Source: the human T2T-CHM13v2.0 reference genome, Homo sapiens
DNA length: 64,000 nucleotides
Assembly: GCF_009914755.1 (NCBI RefSeq)
Contig: NC_060938.1
Reading direction: 5' to 3' (one strand)
The notes beneath the pieces were generated by a model. That model was not told the origin of the DNA, did not search any database, and saw only the letters and a list, made by a program, of their open reading frames with translations. The position numbers and the translations under genes are program-made. Shown one piece after another: positions 1 through 17,200 of the stretch (the first letter of the stretch is position 1; every line of letters begins with the position of its first letter).

Positions 1-74
1 ATATTTAATCTATGTAAGTTTTTTTCTACTTTTTGAGTGAATTTTGATTTTTTTCCTAGAAATTCATATCTCAC

Positions 75-377
<303 letters not shown>

Positions 378-388
378 CTATGCTTTAA

Positions 389-760
<372 letters not shown>

Positions 761-865
761 TAGTACAGTCCTCCTGTGCAAGATTGTTTTTTGACTGCTT
801 TTTCTTGACAAATCTTGCTAAAGGTCTGTGAATTTTATAATGTATTTTTAAAGAGCCAGATTTTA

Positions 866-1026
866 GCAGTGCATGGTGGCTCATACCTGTAATCCCAGCA
901 CTTTGAGAGGCAAAGGTGGGAAGATCGCTTGAGCCTGTAAGGGGGAGGCTGTACTAAGCTGTGATTGAGCCACTACACTCCAGCCTGGACAACAGAATGA
1001 GACCCTATCTGAAAACCAAAAAAAAC
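866..1026 (+). mobile_element. Alu monomer (FRAM/FAM-like, or left/right-arm recombinant)
   Basis: About 160 bp: left-arm start ggtggctcatacctgtaatcccagc runs into right-arm end ccactacactccagcctggacaacagaatgagaccc plus A-rich tail. Confidence 0.75.
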
Positions 1027-1151
1027 ACAAGTTTTAGCTTGGCTGATTCTATTGTGTGTTTCTTTTGTATTTCATTTGTTTGTTATGTTTTTCCTTTTTC
1101 TTTCTTTGAATTTAACTTGTTCTTTGTCTGATTTATTGACTGATGCTTAGG

Positions 1152-1433
1152 TTTTTTTTGTTTGTTTGTTTGTTTGTTTTGAGACGTAATCTCACTCTTT
1201 CACCAGGCTGGAGTGCAGTGGCACAATCTCGGCTCAAGCAATTCTCCTGCCTAAGCCTCCCGAGTAGCTGGGACTACAGGTGTGCGCCACCACACCCAGC
1301 TAATTTTTGTATTTTTAGTAGAGATGGGGTTTTACCATGTTGGGCAGGATTGTCTCGATCTCTTGACCTCATGATCCACCTGCCTTGGCCTCCCAAAGTG
1401 CTGGGATTACAGGCGTGAGCCACTGTACCCGGT
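1152..1433 (-). mobile_element. Alu (AluS-like) with short internal right-arm deletion
   Basis: (TTTG)n tail, gagacg...ggctggagtgcagtggc; ctcggctca joined directly to agcaattctcctgcc. Confidence 0.85.
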
Positions 1434-1491
1434 CTGTTGATGTTTTTTCCAAGTTCCTTTTCTAATGTTCTCATTTAAGACTATAAATTTC

Positions 1492-1711
1492 CCCATCCTG
1501 GACAACATGGTGAAACTTTATCTCTACCAAACACACAAAAAATTAGCCAGGCGTAGTGGTGTGAGCCTGTGGTCCCAGCTACTCGGGAGGCTGAGGAGGG
1601 AGGCTCACTTGAGCCCAGGAGGTGGAGGGTAGTAAGCCAAGATTGTGCTACTGCACTCCAGCCGGGGTGACAGAGTGAGACCCCATCTCAAAAATAAAAA
1701 ATAAAAATAAA
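1492..1711 (+). mobile_element. 5'-truncated Alu (AluJ-like)
   Basis: catcctggacaacatggtgaaac...gagtgagaccccatctcaaaaataaaaa; flanked by imperfect direct repeat aagactataaatttcccc / aagactatcatttttcccc (probable TSD). Confidence 0.85.
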
Positions 1712-1907
1712 GACTATCATTTTCCCCTTATGAATGGATTTAATTATATCCTACAGTTTTTAATATGTAGAATTGATGATGAATTTGCCTTATTTTATCT
1801 TCAAGCTATGGGCTATTTAAAAGTATACTTTTAGAAAGTTTCTAAAATTGTTACCAGAAATTATGATCTCTCCACTTTCTTTGAAATTTTTTACTTGTTT
1901 TAACACT

Positions 1908-1966
1908 CGTCTATATGGTTAATTTTTGAACTTGTCCGTCTATATGGTTAATTTTTGAACTTGTCC
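1908..1966. repeat. Perfect 29-bp tandem duplication
   Basis: cgtctatatggttaatttttgaacttgtc x2. Confidence 0.95.
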
Positions 1967-2317
1967 ACAGTTTCTTGAAGGGAAGTCTATTTCTGCAGTT
2001 AAATCTCATGTTCTGTATGTGTGCATTGAGTCTATTTTTTCATAATTTTAAATCTTCATCCTCCCTAATTATTTTTATACTTTATTTACTGAGAGATATA
2101 TTAAATATCCTACTAGAAGCATGGATTTGTCTGTCTCCTCATCTGTCAACTTTTGCTTTTTGAGGCTGTACTTGGGTGCATATGATTCAAAAAATATATA
2201 TCTTTTTTTAATTTGAACTTTTATCAAAATGAAATGTTTTCCTTCATTTATGTATGCTTTCAACATTATGTATGATATAGCTATAGTAACTGGTTAGACT
2301 TTGCACTGTGTATCTTT

Positions 2318-2320
<3 letters not shown>

Positions 2321-2354
<34 letters not shown>
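2321..2354. repeat. (GT)n microsatellite
   Basis: About 17 GT units. Confidence 0.95.
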
Positions 2355-2357
<3 letters not shown>

Positions 2358-2627
2358 TCCACTGTGCTGCCCAGGCTATAGTGCAGGGGCTGTTCACAGA
2401 CGTGTCTGTGGCTCCCTGCTGCCTTAAACTCCTGGGCTCAAATGATCCTCCTACCTCAGTCTTTAGAGTGATGTGTGCCACCACTGCCAAATAATTGTTT
2501 TTATTTCTTTAGAGATAGAATTTGGCTATATTGCCCAGGCTGGTCTTGAGTTCTTGGTCTCAAGTGATCCTCTCACCTCTGCTTCCTGAGTCACTGGGAT
2601 TACAGACATGTGCCGCCAAGTCCGGCT
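2355..2627 (-). mobile_element. Old Alu monomers (FAM-like followed by FLAM-like)
   Basis: gcccaggctatagtgcag..gctgttcacag (7SL/FAM-type segment)...aactcctgggctcaaatgatcc; then agagatag...ttgcccaggctggtcttgag...gggattacag. Confidence 0.65.
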
Positions 2628-3099
2628 CCTCTGATACATATTTTAATACCTTTTAAAATCATTCTATATCTTTGTATTTTAAATATGACTTATAAATAGC
2701 ATGGAATGGGATTTTAACAATTTATCCATCTTTAACTGGATTACTTAGTCCATTTGCATGTATTTGTATTCTGACATACTTAGATTCTGTATAGATGGTG
2801 AGTGGTGTGTATGTACATGCATGTGTGTTTGTGTCATTTTGTCACTTTCTATTTATCCTACTTATGTTTCTTTTTTCCTTTCTTGCCTTCTTTTCAATTG
2901 GTGGGATTTTTTTTCTTCTCTAGTCATTTTAAGTTAGTCTTTGTTTATATTCTTTTAGTAACTGTCATGCTAATTTAAATGTGCATATTTAAGTTATGAA
3001 AGTTGAAAATTTATCCTCCTCCTGGGTGATAGGATAACTTAGGAATACTTTCATTGCATTAAACTCCTCTTGAGTTATGCTACAACAGTATATTTTCAA

Positions 3100-3545
3100 C
3101 TTTTTGTTTTGACATAATTGCAGATTCACAGGTGCTTTTAAGAAATAATATAAAGAAATCCAATATAGTCTTCACTCAGTTTCTCCCAATGGTAACGTCT
3201 TGCATAACTACCTTGTTCAGATTTCACCAGTTTTATGTGCACTTTTAGGTTTTTTTGTGTATTTAGTTCTATGAAATTTTATCGTGTACATAGATTAGAT
3301 ACCTAACCACCATCACCATCGTCAAGATACAGAACAGTTCCATCAGAAGGATGGATCCCTTGTGCTACCCATTTTATAGTCACAAACACGTTCCTCACTC
3401 CCTGACCCCTGGCAACCACTAATGGGTTTTTCATCTCTGTGACTTTATTTCAAGAACACATGTAAATGAAACCACACACTGTCTAATATTTTGAGATTGA
3501 GTTTTTTTATTCAGCATAATTATCTTGTGACCCATCAAAGTTGTT
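3100..3545 (-). mobile_element. Ancient L1M (L1MC-like) 3' fragment
   Basis: gcagattcacagg...aagaaataata...ttcactcagtttctcccaatggtaac and cccctggcaaccactaat motifs typical of L1M 3' ends. Confidence 0.55.
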
Positions 3546-3890
3546 TTCATATATTTTATCATTTTTCTTTTTATATTTCATGGGACATTACTTCTATTGT
3601 TTTATACATTTCACATTTGTTTAGTTTTATCCATATATTCACCTGTCTTTTTCCTGCTCTTCATTTCTTCTTATATCCCAGATCTTCCACTTGGGATCAT
3701 TTTCCTCCTGTCTGAAATCTTTTAGTATCTGTTTAGTAATGGTTTCCTTGGGCGAGCTCCCTCAATTTCTGCACATTTTAAGCTCTATTATGTTAGTCTC
3801 GTACTTAATTTTTTTTTTGTGGTATAAGAGGCATACAGGTAAGGAGATCATGAATGTACAACTCAAAATTTTCACATAGTTAACACCTAA

Positions 3891-4238
<348 letters not shown>

Positions 4239-4483
4239 TGATTTTTTACACTATAGATTAGTTTTCCTATTATTCGCTTTATAAATGGGATCTTTTCTTT
4301 TGGCTGCTTTTCTCAGCTTTAGGCTTGTGAGCTCTATCCATGGTGTTGCACATGGCAGTGGTTTGTTTATTGTTGTGTGCACTCAGCTTTACTAATATTG
4401 CACAATATGTTTATCTGTTCTGCTGTTGGCTGACATTCAGGTTCTTCCAAGCTTGGGTCCATTATGAGTAATGCCATTATAAA

Positions 4484-4534
<51 letters not shown>

Positions 4535-4820
4535 TTTGGAGATGGAGTCTTGCTCTTGTCACCCAGGCTGGAGTGCAATGGCACAATCTCAGCTCACTGC
4601 AACCTCCACCTCCTGGGTTCAAGCAATTCTCCCTGCCTCGGCCTCCCAAGAAGCTGGGATTACAGGTGCCCACCACCACGCCTGGCTAATTTTTTTTTAG
4701 TAGAGACGGGGTTTTACCATGTTGGTCGGGCTGGTCTCGAACTCCTGACCTCAGGTGATCTGCCTGCCTCGGCCTCCCAAGGTGCTGGAATTGCAGGCAT
4801 GAGCCAATGTTCCCGGCCCT
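4484..4820 (-). mobile_element. Alu (AluSx/Sz-like) with (CTTT)n-converted tail
   Basis: (CTTT)n at 4484-4537, then gagatggagtcttgctc...cctgacctcaggtgatctgcc; aactttctt repeated at both flanks. Confidence 0.9.
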
Positions 4821-5005
4821 GAACTTTCTTGTCCTTACCTTTTGGTGCACACGTGTGTACTTTAATTTGATCTGTGTCTGGGAGTGCAAGTGCTTTATAG
4901 AGCATGTGTACAGTTTTAGGAGATACTGCTAAAAATTTTGCAGTGGCTGTATCAGTTTACACTCTGCCAGCTGTTGATGAAGGTTCCAGTTGTTTCCCAT
5001 CCTTC

Positions 5006-5341
5006 TGTTATAGGAAAGGTGTCCTGATCTAGACTCCAAGAGAGGGTTATTGGATCTGGTGCAAGAAAGAATTCAGGGCGAGTCCATAGAGTAAAGTGAT
5101 AGCAAGTTTATTAAGAAAGTAGAAGAATAAAAGAATGGCTACTCTATAGACAGAGCAGCCCGAGGGCTGCTGGTTACCCATTCTTATGGTTATTTCTAGA
5201 TAATATGTTAAACAAGGGGTGGATTATTTATGCCTCCTTTTTTTTTTAAGACCATGTAGGGTAAATTTCTGATATTGCCATGGCATTTGTAAACTGTGGT
5301 GGAGCTAGTGGGAATGTAGCAGTGGGAGGACGACCAGAGGT
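5006..5341 (-). mobile_element. Truncated ERV1-class LTR (MER4 group, LTR9/MER61-like; subfamily uncertain)
   Basis: tgttataggaaagg..ccaagagagggtt..caagaaagaattcagggcgagtcc..gcaagtttattaag (antisense AATAAA)..gacgaccagaggtc, then abrupt loss of similarity. Confidence 0.65.
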
Positions 5342-5429
5342 CTACAGGTATTTTTGGTAATCATCTTGAGAAATAAAGACTTCATAAATCATCTTACAGT
5401 TATGAAAATATATAACAACCATATTTCAA

Positions 5430-6235
5430 CTGAATGCAAAGTTGTACCTTTTCATACCCCCACTGTGTTATTAATATCACATATTATCTTTTCTTATTGA
5501 GTAACTATGAACACACATTTATGCAGATTTGTGCTTCATTTTTTAAACTCCATAGCAATATTTTGAAAATTTTGTGCACCATCATTATGACAATAGAGAT
5601 TTCTATACCTGTTTATATATTTACCTTTAATATAGCACTTTCTATTTTCATATGCTGTTATGATGCTGTGCAGCATCATTTCATTTTTGGACTTGATAGA
5701 CTTTTTTTTACATTTCCTTTAGGACTGATCTAGTGGTTAGTAACACACTCAACTTTTATTTATTCTGGAAAGGCTTATTTTTTTTTTATTTCTGAAGTGA
5801 AATTATTCCAGTTGAAGGTTTTTGTTTGGCAGTATATCTTCTTGTTTAATTACCTTGTCATCTGGGGATTTCTCAGCTACTTTTTAAAAATAATCTCTTT
5901 GTTACTTTTCTGCTGTATTTTTTTTCTAAGACTCCTTTTATAAATACAATGGTCTACTTGATGGTGTGCAGTACGTCCCATATTTTTTTCTCTATTCTGT
6001 TTAAATAATTTGTTTTTATGACTCAGTATTTATAACTACAGTGTCATCAATTGTATGATTTTTTTCTGCTTTATTAGTCTGCTTTTGTGACTGTTGATTG
6101 AAATTTTAATATAGTTATTGTGTTATTCAGATTCACAGTTTTTGTTGGTTTCTAAAAATCTTTTGATATCTCATTTTCTTTATGTATCACTTCTAATATT
6201 ATTTTGTTGTCTATGCTCTGTTTTTGTTAATTAAG
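5430..6235 (-). mobile_element. Highly diverged L1M internal fragment
   Basis: T-rich with L1M-like motifs (ctgatctagtggt...ctcaacttttatttattctggaaag); weak. Confidence 0.35.
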
Positions 6236-6238
6236 CAG

Positions 6239-7661
6239 TTTTTTTCTAATTACATTTTATTGAAAACTGCACTGAATGCTAAATGTCCATCTTTACAATA
6301 AACAACTACAGTAACGGTAACTTGCACTAAAACAAAGGATACTTCTGATCGCCATTATTTTTCTGTTTGTGACAATTTTAAAGTTTCTCTTGTGTCACAA
6401 AAACAGGAAGGTACCTAATCAAAAGATCAAAATAGGCCATCTTTTTAAACAAAAAGGCAATGATTCACAAAAGACTATGAACAGAACATGTAACTAATCG
6501 ATGCAAATCAAATAGGATTTGTTAAAATCAGTCACATCCAATACATCTGAAGTGTTCTTGTATAAAATACAACGTGAAGAAAAGAAGACTTTATCAGTGT
6601 CTTAAAAAGTGGATTTCTTCATAGACAATCTGACAAGTTACCATTAAAAGTGTTTCTTGTGACATAAGAAAAAGCAACATTATTTTTCTTGAATCTTTTT
6701 AGTGCAAGACTTTCCACTCAATAAAATAGCAGAGTATCTGAAACTGAGAAAATATTTTTGATTACAAACAGCTTGTGAAACTTAATACTGCTTTTTTTTT
6801 TTGCATTATCGGAGGCTTTTTCTGAACTTACAACCAACTTGCCCACTCAGCATGCAGTTCAGATGTGAGAGACGCTTCTCTGTACAGGAGCCGGTACTGT
6901 CTTCAATCCTATGAGTGCAGGTGTCTACCACAGGCAAACAGTTTACTCCACATTTTCTAATAATGTGATCTTCCTATTAGCAAAAAGCTGTAACCAGTCC
7001 CTGTAGACTGAAGGGACTCAAGTGACAAGATGGGGATTTCCTCCTCATGGTTTTTATTTTGATGTTTGAAGTCCTGATGCAACATTCTGAGCAGGGTGTT
7101 CCTGACCTGCTGTGCCCAAGGGACTGATAAAGGAAAAAGTTCTATTTATTCTTTGTGATTTGACGCACAGATGAAAAACTTAACACACAATAACGGAAGC
7201 TGGTCGTTAATAAATCACACCCTAGTCTTTCAGAGCTTCCGTAAACAGACGACATCTTCAGCTTTCTAACTCTTGTAGTGTTAACACTGCAACATCAATG
7301 ATGCATATGTCCAGAATCAGCTAAAAAGAGCGTCAGATTCTTTTTCTCTTAGTTCATCTATTTTTCACTGTCCTTGTTCCCAAGTGTATCAAAATGATTA
7401 CCTTCCGGCATTCACTACTATTTCTCGTTGGGGTGCTCTCGATTATCCCCGTGATTGTGGGCTGGTTGGGAGAGGGCGCTTGGGAAGTATGTGCCACTGT
7501 CGGGAGGTTGTGAGTCACTGGGATGTCTCCAGGGATGATCCCTTCCATGGACGCAGGAGGTCCTCCTGGAGCCACGCCCACGATGACTGGATGAATTGCT
7601 TGTTGGTCTATTACTGACCAAAGTACAGATGTGACAAAGAATTCCTTGTTCACACAGTTTC

Positions 7662-7663
<2 letters not shown>
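6239..7663 (-). pseudogene. CTBP2: Processed CTBP2 pseudogene fragment (C-terminal coding part plus 3' UTR)
   Basis: Minus strand translates [69 protein letters not shown]/(frameshift)HGDNREHPNEK*, matching the CTBP2 C-terminus as recalled; intronless; about 1.17-kb UTR; AATAAA (tttatt 6256-6261) and oligo-A remnant (6239-6245). The symbol is the parent gene; the pseudogene number cannot be assigned. Confidence 0.9.
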
Positions 7664-11263
<3,600 letters not shown>

Positions 11264-14200
11264 TTAATCTGCCCTGTAGGCAGATCCTAGACAAGAGTTG
11301 CATCACCTGGGTGATCAGTGCAGAGATATTTCACAATGCCTCCTGTAGGCAGAGGGTAGACAAGTGTTACATCACCTAGGTGATCAGTGCAGAGATATTT
11401 CACAATACCCACTGTTGGCAAATCCTAGACAAGAGTTGCATCACCTGGGTGATCAGTGCAGACATATTTCACAATGCCCCCTGTAGGCAGAGGGTAGACA
11501 AGAGTTACATCACCTAGATGATCCGGGCAGAGATTTGTCAAAATTCCCTGTAGGTAGAGATTATAAAAGTGTTACATCACCCAGGTGATCAGTGCAGAGA
11601 TATGTCACAAAGCCCCCTGTAGGCAGAGCCTAAACAAGAATTCTCTCCCTGGGGTGATCAGTGCAGAGATATGTCATAGGCACCTGTAGGCAGAGCTTAG
11701 ATGAGTTACATCACCTGGGTGATCAGTGTAAAGATATGTCACAAAGCCCCCTGTAGGCAAAGCCTAGACAATAGTTACATCAGTTGGGTGATCAGTGGAG
11801 AGATCTCTCACAATTCCCCTGTAGGCAGAGCTTATACAACAGTTACATCACCTGGGTGATCAGTGCAGAGATATGTCACAAAGCCCCCATATGCAGACGC
11901 AAGACAAGAGTCCGTCACCTGGGTGCTCCGTGCAGAAACACGTCGCAATGTCCCCATAGGCAGAGCCTAGAAAAAAGCCCCATCACCTGGATAATCAGTG
12001 CAGTTATGTCACAAAGTCCCTTTAGGCAGATCCTAGACAAGTGTTACATCACCTGGTTGATCAGGGCAGAGATATGTCACAATGCCACTGTAGGCAGAGC
12101 CTAGACAAGAGTTACATGACCTAGGTGATCAGTGCAGAGATACATCGCAATGCCCCTGTAGGCAGAGCCTTGACAAGTGGTATATCACCTGGGTGACCAT
12201 TGCAGGGATATATCAAAAAGCACCCTGTAGGCAGATCCTAGACAAGAGTTACATCACCCGGGTGATCAGGGCAGAGATATGTCACAGTGCCATGTAGCGA
12301 GAACCTAGACAAAAGTTTCATCACCTGGGAGATCAGTGCAGAGATATGTCACAATATCCCCAGTAGGCAGAGCCCAGACAAGAGTTGGATCACCTCGGGA
12401 TCAGTGCAGAGATATGTCTCAATCCCCCTGTGGGGACAGCCTAGACAAGAGTTACATCACCTCGGTTAACAGTGCAGATATATCTCAAAATGCTCCTGTA
12501 GGCAGAGCCTACACAAGTGTTACATCACTTAGGTGATCAGTGCAGAGATATGTCACAATACCCCCTGTAGGCAGAGCCTAGACAAGAGTTACATCACCTG
12601 GGTGATCAGTGCAGAGGTATATGACAAGGTCCCTTTAAGCAGAGCCAAGACAATAGTTACATCACCTGAGTGATCGGTGCAGAGATATGTCACAATGCCC
12701 CCTATAGGCAGAGCCTAGACAAAAGTTACATCACCTGGGTGATCAGTGCAGTGATACATCAACATTCCTCTGTAGGCAGAGCCTAGACAAGAGTTACATC
12801 ATCTAGGTGATCAGTGCAGTGATATGTCACAAAAATCCCTGTGGACAGAGCCTAGACAAGAGTTACATCACCTGAGTGATCAGGGCAGATATTTCACACA
12901 ATGCCCCCATAGACAGAACCTAGACAATAATTACATCACCTGGGTTATCAGTGCAGAGATTATGTCACGAATTCACCTCTAGGCAGAGTATAGAAAATAG
13001 TCCCATCACCTGAGTGATCAGTGCAGAGATATGTCACAAAGACACCTGTAGGCAGAGGGTAGACAAGAGACCCATCACCTGTGTGATCAGTGTAGTGATA
13101 TGTCACAATGCCCTTGTAGGCAGAGCGTAGACAAGAGTTGCATTACCTGGGTGATCAGTGCAGAGAAATGTAACAATGCCCCCTCTGGGCAAAGCCTAGA
13201 AAAGAGTTACATCGCCTACTTGATCAGTGCAGAGGTATTTCACAAAGCCCCCTGAAAGTACAGCCTAGAGAAGAGTTACATCAATTGGGTGATCAGTGCA
13301 GTGATATGTCACAATTTCCCTGTAGACAGAGCCTAGAAAATGGTTAAATCACCTGTGTGATCATTGCAGAGATATGTTACAATACCCTCTGTTGGCACAG
13401 CCTAGAAAAGGGTTACATCTCCTCTGTGATCACTTCAGAGACATATCAAAACGAACCTGTAGGCAGACCCTACAAAACAGTTACATCACCTAGGAGACCA
13501 GTGCAGAGGTATGTCACAATACCCCCGTAGGCAGAGCCCAGACAAGAGTTACATCACCTGGTGATCAGGGCAGAGATATGTCACAATGTCCCCTGTAGGC
13601 AGAGCCCAGACAAGAGTTGCATCACCTCGGTGATCAGTGCAGAGGTATGTCTCAATGCCTCCTGTAGGCAAAGCCCAGACAAGAGTTACATCATCTCGGT
13701 GATCAGTGCAGAGATATGTCAAAATGCCCCTGTGAGCAGAGCCTAGACAAAATTTACATCACCTGGGTGATCAGTGCTCAGACAAGTCACAATGTCCATG
13801 TAGGCAGAGTCTAGACAAGTGTTACATCACCTGGGTGATCATTGCAGAGTGATGTCACAATGCCCTCTGTAGGTAGATACTAGACAAGAGTTACGTCACC
13901 TGAGAGATCAGTGCAGAGATGTGTCACAACGCACTCTGTAGGCAAACATTAGTCAAGAGTTACATCACATATGTGATCAGCGCAGATATATGTCACTATG
14001 TTCCTGTGGCCACGCATAGAAAAGAGTTACATCATCTGGGTGATCAATGCAGAGATATGTCACGATGTCTCCAGTAGGCAGAGCGTAGACATGAGTTACA
14101 TCACCTCGGTGATCAGTGCAGAGATACCTCAAAATACCCCCTGTAGGCAAAGTCTAGACAAGAGTTACATCAACTGGGAGATCAGTGTAGAGATATGTCA

Positions 14201-17200
14201 AAAATCCCACTGTAGGCAAAGCCTAGACAAGTTTTAAATAACCTCAGTGATCAGTGCAGAGATGTGTCCCAGTGCCCATGTAGTCAGAGCTTAGACAAAT
14301 GTCACATCTCCGGATTGATCATTGCAGAGATACGTCACAATGCCCCCATAGGCAGAGCCTGGACAAGAGTTACATCACCTAGTTGATCAGTGCAGAGATA
14401 TGTCACAAAGTCCCCTGTAGGCAGAGCCTAGAGAAGAGTTGCATCACCTGGGTGATCAGTGCAGAGATATGTCAGGATGTCCCCTGTAGGCAAAGCCTAG
14501 GCAAGAGTTACATCACCTTTCTCATCAGTTCAGAGATACGTCAAAACGCCCCTGTAGGTAGAGCCTAGACAAGAGTTACATCACCTAGTTGATCAGTGCA
14601 GAGATATTTCACAATACCCTCTTTAGGCAGATCCTAGAGAAGAGTTGCATCACCTGGGTGATCAGTGCAGAGATATATCAAAATGCCCCCTGTAGGCAGA
14701 GCCTAAACAAGAGTTACATCACCTAGGTGATCAGTGCAGAGATTTGTCAAAATTCCCTGTAGGCAGAGCTTATAAAACTGTTACATCGCCTAGGTGATCA
14801 GTGCAGAGATGTGTCACAAAGCCCCCTGTAGGCAGAGCCTAGACAAGAATTCCCACCCCGGGAGTGATCAGTGCAGAGATATATCACAAGGCCCCTGTAG
14901 GCAGAGCTTAGATGAGTTACATCACCTGGGTGATCAGTGAACAGATATGTCACAAAGCCCCGTGTAGGAAAAGCCAAGACAATAGTTAAATCACTTGGGC
15001 GATCAGTGGAGAGATCTCTCACAACTCACAAGTAGGCAGAGCTTATACAACAGTTACATCACCTCGGTGATCAGTGCAGAGATATGTCATAACGCCCCCA
15101 TAGGCAGATACAAGACAAGAGTCCGTCACCTGGGTGATCAGAGCAGAAATACGTCACAATGCCCCCGTAGGCAGAGCCTAGACAAAAGCCTCATCACCTG
15201 GATGATGAGGGCAGAGTTACATCACAAAGACCCTTTAGGCAGATCCTAGACAAGAGTTAAATCAGTTGGGTGATCAGTGCAGAGATATGTCGCAATGCCA
15301 CTGTAGGCAGAGCCTAGGCAAGAGTTACATGACCCAGGTGATCAGTGCAGAGATACATAACAATGCCCCTGTAGGCAGAGCCTTGACAAGTGGTACATCA
15401 CCTGGGTGATCATTGCAGGGATATGTCACAAAGCAGCCTGTAGGCAGATCCTAGACAAGAGTTACATAACCTGGGTGATCAGTGCAGGGATATGTCACAA
15501 TGCCAGTGTAGGCAGAGTCTAGACAAGAGTTACATGACCTAGGTGATCAGTGCAGAGATACATCGCAATGCCTTTGTAGGCAGAGCCTTGACAGGTGGTA
15601 CATCACCTGGGTGAGCAGTGCAGAGATATGTCACAAGGTCCCTGTAGGCAGAGCCTAGACAAGAGTTATATAACCTGGGTGATAAGTGCAGTGATATGTC
15701 ACAATGCCGTGTAGCCAAAGCCTAGACAAATGTTTCATCACCTGGGAGATCAGTGCAGAGATATGTCACAATGTCCCCAGTAGGCAGAGCCCAGAAAAGA
15801 GTTGGATCACCTCGGGATCAGTGCAGAGATACGTCTCAATCCCCCTGTGGGAACAGCGTAGACAAGAGTTAAATCACCTTGCTTATCAGGGCAGAGGTAT
15901 GTCAAAATGCCAGTGTAGGCAGAGCCTACTCAAGTGTTACATCACTTAGGTGATCAGTGCAGAGATATGTCAAAATACCCCCTGTAAGCAGAGCCTAGAC
16001 AAGAGTTACATGACCTAGGTGATCAGTGAAGAGATACACAGCAAAGCCCCTGTAGGCAGAGCCTTGACAAGTGGTATATCACCTGGGTGACCATTGCAGG
16101 GATATGTCACAAAGCACCCTGTAGGCAGATCCCAGACAAGGGTTACATCATCTGGTTGATCAGTAAAGAGATATTTCAAAATGCAACAGCAGGCAGAGCG
16201 TAAGCAAGAGTCCCATCACCAGGGTGGTCAGTGCGGAAATATGTTGCAATGCCCCCATAGGCAGACCCAACATAAGAGTTACATCACCTGGGTGATCAGT
16301 GTAGAGATATGTCACAATGCCCCCATAGGCAGAGCCTAGACAAAAGTCCCATCACCTGGGTGATCAGTGCAGAGATATGTCACGAAGCCCCTGTAGGCAG
16401 AGCCGAGACAAAAGTTACATCACCGGGATGATCAATACAGAGTGATGTCACAAAGGACCTTGTAGGCAGAGCCTAGAGAAGAGTTGCATTACCTGGGTGA
16501 TCAGTGCAGAGATATGTCACAATACCCCCTTGAGGCAGAGCCTAGACAAGAGTTACATCACCTGGGTGATCAGGGCAGATAGGTCACAAGCACCCTGTAG
16601 GCAGAGCCCAGACTAGAGTTGCATCATCTTGGTGATCAGTGCAGAGATATGTCTCAATGCCTCCTGTCGGCAAAGCCCAGAGAAGAGTTACATCATCTCC
16701 GTGACCAGTGCAGAGATATGTCAAAATGCACCTGTGGGCAGAGCCCAGACAAAATTTACATCACCTGGGTGATCAGTGCAGAGACATGTCACAATGTCCA
16801 TGTAGGCAGAGCCTAGACAAGGGTTACATCACCTGGGTGATCATTGCAGAGTGATGTCACAACGCCCTCTGTAGGCAGACACTAGACAAGAGTTACCTCA
16901 CCTGAGAGATCAGTGCAGAGATATGTCACAACGCCCTCTGTAGGCAAAGACTAGACAAGAGTTACATCACCTGTGTGATCAGTGCAGATATATGTCACTA
17001 TGTCCCTGTGGCCAGAGCCTAGACAAGAGTTACATCACCTGGGTGATCAGTGCAGAGATAAGTCACAATGTCTATCACAATGTCTCCAGTAGGCAGAGCC
17101 TAGACAAGAGTTACATCACCTGGGTGATCACATCAGAGATATGTCACAATGCCCCCTGTGGGCAGATCCCAGACAAGAGTTGCATCACCTCGGTGATCAG

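Noticed and set aside
7354-7653. Functional CTBP2 peptide (99-aa ORF)
   Set aside because: Non-ATG start, only the C-terminal tail, internal deletion and frameshift.
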